A program made the position numbers and the translations under genes. Of a stretch of DNA of 64,000 bases, positions 58,399-64,000 are shown in pieces (the first letter of the stretch is position 1; every line of letters starts with the position of its first letter). The DNA lies in the IMG/VR virus record IMGVR_UViG_3300032038_000033, positions 1 to 64,000 of that record; one strand, written 5' to 3'. The notes under the pieces were generated by a model. The model made no database searches, had not been told where the DNA came from, and saw only the letters and a list, made by a program, of their open reading frames with translations. This stretch comes from a virus (Duplodnaviria > Caudoviricetes).

Positions 58399-59646
58399 AT
58401 GGTGGTTTATGTTTTAGATATTGAGGGTAAACCTTTAATGCCTACTACAAGATTTGGCAAAGTAAGAAGAATGTTGAAAAATAAAGAAGCTAAGGTAGTT
58501 AAAAGAGAACCTTTTACTATTCAACTTCTTTATAAATCAACTATTTATACACAGCCTATAAATCTTGGTGTTGATGCTGGTAGTAAGACTATTGGTATTT
58601 CTGCTACTACTTCTGATAAAGAATTATTTTGTGCAGAAGTAAAATTAAGAAATGATATAGTTAATTTAATTGTTACAAAAAGAGAAGCAAGAAGAAATAG
58701 ACGTAATAGAAAAACAAGATATCGTAAGGCAAGATTTAATAATAGAATTAGTACGAAGAAAGAAGGTTGGTTAGCTCCTTCTATTCAAAATAAGATTAAT
58801 TCACATCTTACGATAATTGACAAAATAACAAAAATATTGCCGATTACAAATATTATAGTTGAAGTAGCTTCATTTGATATTCAGAAAATTAAAAATTCTA
58901 ACATTCAAAGTAAAGAATATCAAGAAGGTGAACAACTTAGTTTTTGGAATGTTCGGGAATATGTTTTGTTTCGTGATAAGCATATCTGTCAATGTTGTAA
59001 AGGTAAATCAAAAGATAAGATACTTAATGTTCATCATATTGAAAGTAGAAAAACTGGTGGAAATGCCCCAAACAATTTAATTACTTTATGCGAAACTTGT
59101 CATACTAATTATCATAAAGGAAAAATTAATTTACCTAAGAATATAAAGCGTGGTATAAGTTTTAAAGACGCTACTTTTATGGGAATTATGCGTTGGGCTT
59201 TCTATAATAAATTAAAAGAAATTTATACAAATATAAAAATGACTTTTGGCTATATTACTAAAAATATAAGAATTAATAATAATTTGCCAAAAGAACATTA
59301 TATTGATGCAAGATGTATAAGCGGAAATCCATTAGCTAAATCATTAGGAATTTGTTATAAATATAAAAAAGTTAGATGTCATAATAGACAAATACATAAA
59401 TTTGTTCCTAACAAGAAAGGTATAAGACAAGCTAATCAAGCATCTTATAAAGTATTTGGTTTTAGACTTAATGATAAAGTTTTATATAAAGGTCAAGTTT
59501 GTTTTATTAATGGTAGAAGACAAAGTGGTTATTTTAGTTTAAGAGATATTGATAACAATAAGATTGGAAATGATAATGTTTCTCATAAAAAGTTAAAATT
59601 TTTAGAACACAAAAAATCTTTACTTTGTCAATCTATTGTAATTTAA
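58399..59646 (+). CDS. iscB: RNA-guided endonuclease IscB
   Basis: KPLMPT, LGVDAG (RuvC-I), RRNRR bridge helix, IVEVASFD, CQCC..HHI..NLITLCETCH (HNH), HYIDA. Confidence 0.93.
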   Translation: MVVYVLDIEGKPLMPTTRFGKVRRMLKNKEAKVVKREPFTIQLLYKSTIYTQPINLGVDAGSKTIGISATTSDKELFCAEVKLRNDIVNLIVTKREARRNRRNRKTRYRKARFNNRISTKKEGWLAPSIQNKINSHLTIIDKITKILPITNIIVEVASFDIQKIKNSNIQSKEYQEGEQLSFWNVREYVLFRDKHICQCCKGKSKDKILNVHHIESRKTGGNAPNNLITLCETCHTNYHKGKINLPKNIKRGISFKDATFMGIMRWAFYNKLKEIYTNIKMTFGYITKNIRINNNLPKEHYIDARCISGNPLAKSLGICYKYKKVRCHNRQIHKFVPNKKGIRQANQASYKVFGFRLNDKVLYKGQVCFINGRRQSGYFSLRDIDNNKIGNDNVSHKKLKFLEHKKSLLCQSIVI

Positions 59647-59699
59647 TATTTGTTAAAATTTATATTAATTATATTAGAAGGTGAATAAAAATGTGTACA

Positions 59700-59779
59700 A
59701 TGTAGCTTTATTTGAATTGCTTAAAGAAGATTATCTTAAAAATAAGAAGATTATCGTAAAAATCCCCGTTTGTAAATAA
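59700..59779 (+). pseudogene. 3' fragment of the interrupted GNAT gene
   Basis: VALFELLKEDYLKNKKIIVKIPVCK-stop. Confidence 0.7.
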
Positions 59780-59889
59780 ATTAGCATTTTTAAAATATTA
59801 CTATAAAAATAATAGTTTAAAACCTATTGTACATAGATTATAAAATAGTAGTTGTGATAACTACTAATATTACATTTAAAGATTTCAAT

Positions 59890-59936
59890 ATACAATATGT
59901 TGTGTGTTGAAATCTTAAAATTACTACATATATAGA
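59890..59936 (+). promoter_or_regulatory. Tandem NrdR boxes
   Basis: ATACAATATGTTGTGT (14/16 to acaCwAtATaTwGtgt) and a weaker copy starting 31 nt later, next to the RBS. Confidence 0.65.
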
Positions 59937-59953
59937 AAGGTTGGTAATTTGTT

Positions 59954-62179
59954 ATGCCACAAAATGTAATAAAAAGAGATAAAAGCATAGTTGAATTTGA
60001 CAGAGGAAAGATAGAAAGTGCTATTTCAAAAGCATATAAAGAAGTTTATCCTCAAATCAATATTAGCAACTATGCTGTTATTATTAGTAATGCTACAGAT
60101 AAGATATATAAGGAAATTTTATGGATAGCAGGTAATAATGAAAATATAGATATAGAAATTATACAGGATATAGTAGAAAGAGAATTAATGGAATTAGATA
60201 AGAGTGTCGCTAAGGAGTACATTACTTATCGTTACAAGCGTCAGATAATGAGAGATAGTAATACCACTGATGAAGTAATTAAAGAATTGATGTGTGGAGA
60301 AAGTGATTATTGGAACCATGAAAATTCTAATAAAAATCCTATAAGAGCTACTGTGCAAAGAGATTATTTAGCCGGTATTACAAGTACAGATATGACAAAA
60401 AGATTCTTATTACCTAAAGATATTAAAGATGCTGATGAAGCTGGTATATTACATTTTCACGACCAAGATTATTTTATTCAACATATAACAAATTGTTGCT
60501 TAATTAATCTTGACGATATGTTGCAGAACGGTACTGTTATTAACGGAGTTCTCATTGAAAAACCCCATAGCTTTATAGTTGCTGCCACAGTAGCTACTCA
60601 AATTATTACTGCTGTTACAAGTAGTCAATATGGTGGTACTACTATAACATTAACAGATTTAGCACCATTTGTAAGAATTAGTTATAATAAACATTATGAA
60701 AAGTTTAAGTCTTGGGGTCTTAGTGAAGAGGATTGTGTTAAGTTTGCTAAGAAAGACTTAAAGAAAGAAATTGCTGACGGCGTACAAACATTTAATTATC
60801 AAGTTAATTCAATGTCAACTACTAATGGTCAATCACCTTTCCTTAGTGTGTTTATGTATCTCAATGAAACTGACGAATATAAAGAAGAACTTGCTATGTT
60901 AATAGAGGAATTTTTAAGACAAAGAATAGTAGGTTTAAAGAATGAAGTCGGAGTTTATATTACACAAGCATTTCCTAAATTATTATATGTTCTTGAAGAA
61001 GATAATATGTATGAAGGAAGTAAATATTATTATTTAACAAAACTTGCAGCTGAGTGTACTGCAAAAAGAATGGTTCCAGACTACATTTCTGAAAAGGTAA
61101 TGTTAAGAGATAAAGGAGATGTTTACCCCTGTATGGGCTGTCGAAGTTTTGCTACACCCGATAGATTTACTGATAATGGTATCGGTAATATAGCAAATGC
61201 TAAAAATTATGTAGAGGGTAAGCATAGATATTACGGTAGATTTAATCAAGGTGTTGTTACTTTAAATCTTGTAGATTTAGCATTATCTTCTAATAGAAAT
61301 ATGGAATTGTTTTGGAATTTATTTAATGAAAGAATGGATTTATGTCATAAGGCATTAAGAATTAGACACGAAAGATTAAAAGGTACTTTATCAGATGTAG
61401 CACCTATTATGTGGCAACACGGAGCTTTAGCACGATTAGCTAAAGGTGAAACCATAGATAAATTATTATATAATGGATATTCTACCATCTCATTAGGTTA
61501 TGCTGGATTGTATGAATGTGTTAAGTTTATGACTGGAGAAAGTCATTCTGAGCCAAATGGTATGAAATTTGGTCTTGAACTTATGGAAGCATTAAATAAT
61601 AAGTGTAAGAAATGGAAAGAAGAAGAAAATATAGATTATTCTATCTACGGTACACCTATAGAATCAGCAACATATAAATTTGCTCAAAAACTTCAAAAGA
61701 GATTTGGCAGGGTAGAAGGTATTACTGATAGAAATTATATTACAAATAGTTATCATATTCCTGTGTTTGAAGAAATAAATCCTTACGAAAAACTTGCTAT
61801 CGAAAGTAAATTCCAAAAGTTAAGTCCTGGTGGCGCTATATCATATATTGAATGTTGTGATATGACACATAATATAGAAGGTGTTATAGATGTACTTAAA
61901 TTTATTTATGATAATATAATGTATGCAGAACTTAACACAAAGAGCGATTATTGTCAAGTATGTGGTTATGACGGTGAAATTAAGATTATTGATGAAGATA
62001 ATCATTTAGATTGGGAATGTCCTAATTGTGGTAATAGGGACCATAGTAAAATGAATGTAAGTAGAAGAACGTGTGGATATATAGGAACTAATTTTTGGAA
62101 TCAAGGTAGAACAGAAGAAATAGCAAATAGATATGTTCACTTAGATAATCATAAATACCAAGAAAAAGAGGTATGTTAA
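59954..62179 (+). CDS. nrdD: Anaerobic (class III) ribonucleotide reductase with ATP cone
   Basis: VIKRD, HFHD, NCCL, AFPKL, MGCRS, GRFNQGVVTLN, TPIES, RRTCGYIG. Confidence 0.96.
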   Translation: MPQNVIKRDKSIVEFDRGKIESAISKAYKEVYPQINISNYAVIISNATDKIYKEILWIAGNNENIDIEIIQDIVERELMELDKSVAKEYITYRYKRQIMRDSNTTDEVIKELMCGESDYWNHENSNKNPIRATVQRDYLAGITSTDMTKRFLLPKDIKDADEAGILHFHDQDYFIQHITNCCLINLDDMLQNGTVINGVLIEKPHSFIVAATVATQIITAVTSSQYGGTTITLTDLAPFVRISYNKHYEKFKSWGLSEEDCVKFAKKDLKKEIADGVQTFNYQVNSMSTTNGQSPFLSVFMYLNETDEYKEELAMLIEEFLRQRIVGLKNEVGVYITQAFPKLLYVLEEDNMYEGSKYYYLTKLAAECTAKRMVPDYISEKVMLRDKGDVYPCMGCRSFATPDRFTDNGIGNIANAKNYVEGKHRYYGRFNQGVVTLNLVDLALSSNRNMELFWNLFNERMDLCHKALRIRHERLKGTLSDVAPIMWQHGALARLAKGETIDKLLYNGYSTISLGYAGLYECVKFMTGESHSEPNGMKFGLELMEALNNKCKKWKEEENIDYSIYGTPIESATYKFAQKLQKRFGRVEGITDRNYITNSYHIPVFEEINPYEKLAIESKFQKLSPGGAISYIECCDMTHNIEGVIDVLKFIYDNIMYAELNTKSDYCQVCGYDGEIKIIDEDNHLDWECPNCGNRDHSKMNVSRRTCGYIGTNFWNQGRTEEIANRYVHLDNHKYQEKEVC

Positions 62180-62181
62180 TT

Positions 62182-62691
62182 ATGAGATATGCTTCCATTA
62201 ATAGTTTAGATATATCGAACGGTGAAGGTACTGGTGTAGCCCTGTTTACTCAGGGCTGCCTTAAGCATTGTAAAAATTGTTTTAATCCTGATACTTGGGA
62301 TATAAATGGAGGTAAGGAATTTACGTCCGAAATACAAAAACAATTTTTAGAGTTAGTTGATAAGTCCTATATATCAAGAGTAACATTTTTAGGTGGAGAA
62401 CCCCTACTTGGAGAAAGTGCTTTTGGAGTTTCTAATTTAAGTGAGATTATTCATAATAAATATCCTAATAAAAAACAATGGCTATATACAGGTTATACTT
62501 GGGAAGAATTACAAGAATTGAATTTATTGTCTTATATAAAATATATTGATATTGTAGTCGAAGGACCTTATATGGATGACCTTAAAGACTATGCTCTTAA
62601 ATTTAGGGGTAGTAAAAATCAAAGAATTGTAGATGTTCAAAAATCTCTAACTACAAATTCCCTTGTCTTGTGGAAAGAAGGTAACTACTAA
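62182..62691 (+). CDS. nrdG: Class III RNR activase
   Basis: NGEG, GCLKHCKNCFN, LGGEP, FRGSKNQR. Confidence 0.95.
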   Translation: MRYASINSLDISNGEGTGVALFTQGCLKHCKNCFNPDTWDINGGKEFTSEIQKQFLELVDKSYISRVTFLGGEPLLGESAFGVSNLSEIIHNKYPNKKQWLYTGYTWEELQELNLLSYIKYIDIVVEGPYMDDLKDYALKFRGSKNQRIVDVQKSLTTNSLVLWKEGNY

Positions 62692-63869
62692 TGAATAATA
62701 AATGGATAAGAGGTGCGTTACCTGCCGTACTAATTCATATAAGTATAGGCTCAGTTTATGCCTGGTCTTTATTTGTAAAACCTATATCAGATTATATAGG
62801 TCAAAGTCAAGCTAAAGTGCAGTTTGCATTTTCTTTGGCGATATTCTTTTTAGGTATGTCAGCAGCGTTTGGTGGCAAAATAGTTGAAAAGAATATACAT
62901 AAATCATCTTTAATAAGTTGTTTATGTTTTTGTAGTGGACTTATATTAACATCATTTGCAATAAGATATAAACAATTACCACTAATATATTTAGGTTATG
63001 GTTGTTTAATGGGTGTTGGACTGGGTACAGGATATATAACACCAGTTAAAACACTTATGTTATGGTTTAAGGAAAATAAAGGTTTAGCTACTGGTATTTC
63101 TGTATGTGCTTTCGGTTTTGCGAGTAGTGTAGCAAGCCCAATAATTACTTATCTAACTAATAAAACGACTTTACCTAATACTTTTATTGTGTTAAGTTGT
63201 ATTTATTTTGTACCTATGATGATAGCACATTTTATAATTAAGAAGCCTGATGGCTGGGTAGAAGTTGCTAATAAAGATGACACATTTAAAGTATCTTCAA
63301 TGTGGAAACAAAAAGAATTTGTATTTATATGGATAATAATATTTATTAATATTACTTGCGGATTAGCATTAATATCAACAGCAAGTCCTATAATGGTAGA
63401 GCATAACATAAACACTAAAACAATAGCTATTATAGTTAGTATTATGGGTATATTTAATGGGTGTGGTAGATTAGTATTTTCCGCATTTTCCGATAAGCTA
63501 AAACAGAGAATAACAATATATAAAATAATCTTAATGTTATCTATTAGTACATCTATAATAACAAGATTATATACTAATACAATTACGATAGCTATTTCAT
63601 TGGCTGTTATTTCTGCTTGCTATGGTGCTGGATTTAGTTGTTTGCCGACATTATTATCCGATATATATGATATGAAACATATATCTCAAATACACGGATT
63701 GTCTTTAACAGCTTGGGCGATAGCCGGCTTAGTAGGAAATCAAATAAGTAGTATAACAAAAAGTGTTACAGGCTCTTATAATAATGTTTATTTTATTATA
63801 TGTGGAATGTATAGTTTTGCTTTAATCTTTACATTCTTGATTAAAACTAATGAATTGAAAAAAGTTTGA
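62691..63869 (+). CDS. MFS transporter, oxalate/formate antiporter (OFA) family
   Basis: GSVYAWSLF, GYITPV..LMLWF..KGLATG, FNGCGRL, YGAGFS.LP..LSD; about 12 TM. Confidence 0.88.
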   Translation: MNNKWIRGALPAVLIHISIGSVYAWSLFVKPISDYIGQSQAKVQFAFSLAIFFLGMSAAFGGKIVEKNIHKSSLISCLCFCSGLILTSFAIRYKQLPLIYLGYGCLMGVGLGTGYITPVKTLMLWFKENKGLATGISVCAFGFASSVASPIITYLTNKTTLPNTFIVLSCIYFVPMMIAHFIIKKPDGWVEVANKDDTFKVSSMWKQKEFVFIWIIIFINITCGLALISTASPIMVEHNINTKTIAIIVSIMGIFNGCGRLVFSAFSDKLKQRITIYKIILMLSISTSIITRLYTNTITIAISLAVISACYGAGFSCLPTLLSDIYDMKHISQIHGLSLTAWAIAGLVGNQISSITKSVTGSYNNVYFIICGMYSFALIFTFLIKTNELKKV

Positions 63870-63912
63870 TATAAATAAAACATAAACATTGTGGCATAAA
63901 AATACTACAATG

Positions 63913-63966
63913 TTTATGTTTTATTAACATTTAATTTATTTTAAAAACATAATTATGTGTTATAAT
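63913..63966 (+). promoter_or_regulatory. Phage promoter, repeat-box class
   Basis: TTAACA(63924)-N31-TATAAT, followed by GGAGG at the window end. Confidence 0.6.
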
Positions 63967-64000
63967 TTTAGTACAGTTAAGTGGAGGTTTAAAAAACATT

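Larger units (their letters stand above)
58123..59699 (+). mobile_element. Non-autonomous IS200/IS605-family IscB (OMEGA) element
   Basis: Removal restores GKIYD-VALFELL; contains omegaRNA and iscB, no tnpA; junction ambiguous by the dinucleotide AT. Confidence 0.85.

Noticed and set aside
58123-59699. IscB element as a self-splicing IStron
   Set aside because: No group I core found, no room outside the omegaRNA, and the frame-restoring junction does not end in G.
10-63415. Other short ORFs nested in or antisense to long genes (e.g. 10-318, 2435-2626, 13536-13781, 26221-26448, 26312-26539, 34348-34686, 54495-54920, 63203-63415)
   Set aside because: Overlap well-supported genes, lack RBSs and recognisable motifs.
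1-64000. Stop-codon reassignment
   Set aside because: Genes are full length in code 11; the polA and GNAT breaks are explained by introns and an IS; no suppressor tRNA seen.

Overview
A very AT-rich segment of a large lytic tailed phage, probably infecting an anaerobic Firmicute (inferred from Firmicute-type RBSs, DUF4317, RecU, XkdX and nrdDG). Almost all genes are on the + strand in the standard genetic code. 1-26 kb holds replication, recombination and DNA-modification genes: DnaC-like loader with a class-3 intein, DnaB, primase, SSB, a family-A polymerase split by two group I introns, a 7-deazaguanine cluster (DpdA/TGT-like, QueC, QueD, QueE, FolE, plus HAD and PRTase), sliding clamp, DnaX/HolB/HolA clamp loader, RecA, RecU and a Cas4-like nuclease. 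26-27.5 kb is an inverted, GC-richer tail cassette (DUF6273-like, XkdX). 27.8-35.7 kb and 46.8-52.3 kb carry about 16 mostly unrelated proteins sharing an N-terminal M-K-L-x-I-x-E leader; this is the top finding, interpreted as a candidate capsid-targeting/protease-cleaved leader for injected cargo. 47.3-50.4 kb is a tRNA array interleaved with tRNA-like and pseudoknotted ncRNA candidates. 58.1-59.7 kb is an IscB/omegaRNA element inserted in a GNAT gene. 60-63.9 kb is nrdD-nrdG-OFA transporter behind NrdR boxes. About 16 promoters share a fixed TTWAYA-N5-TTWAYA-N31-TATAMT layout, and a second motif (ACTAATA) precedes putative late genes. All calls come from manual motif reading; no searches were run.
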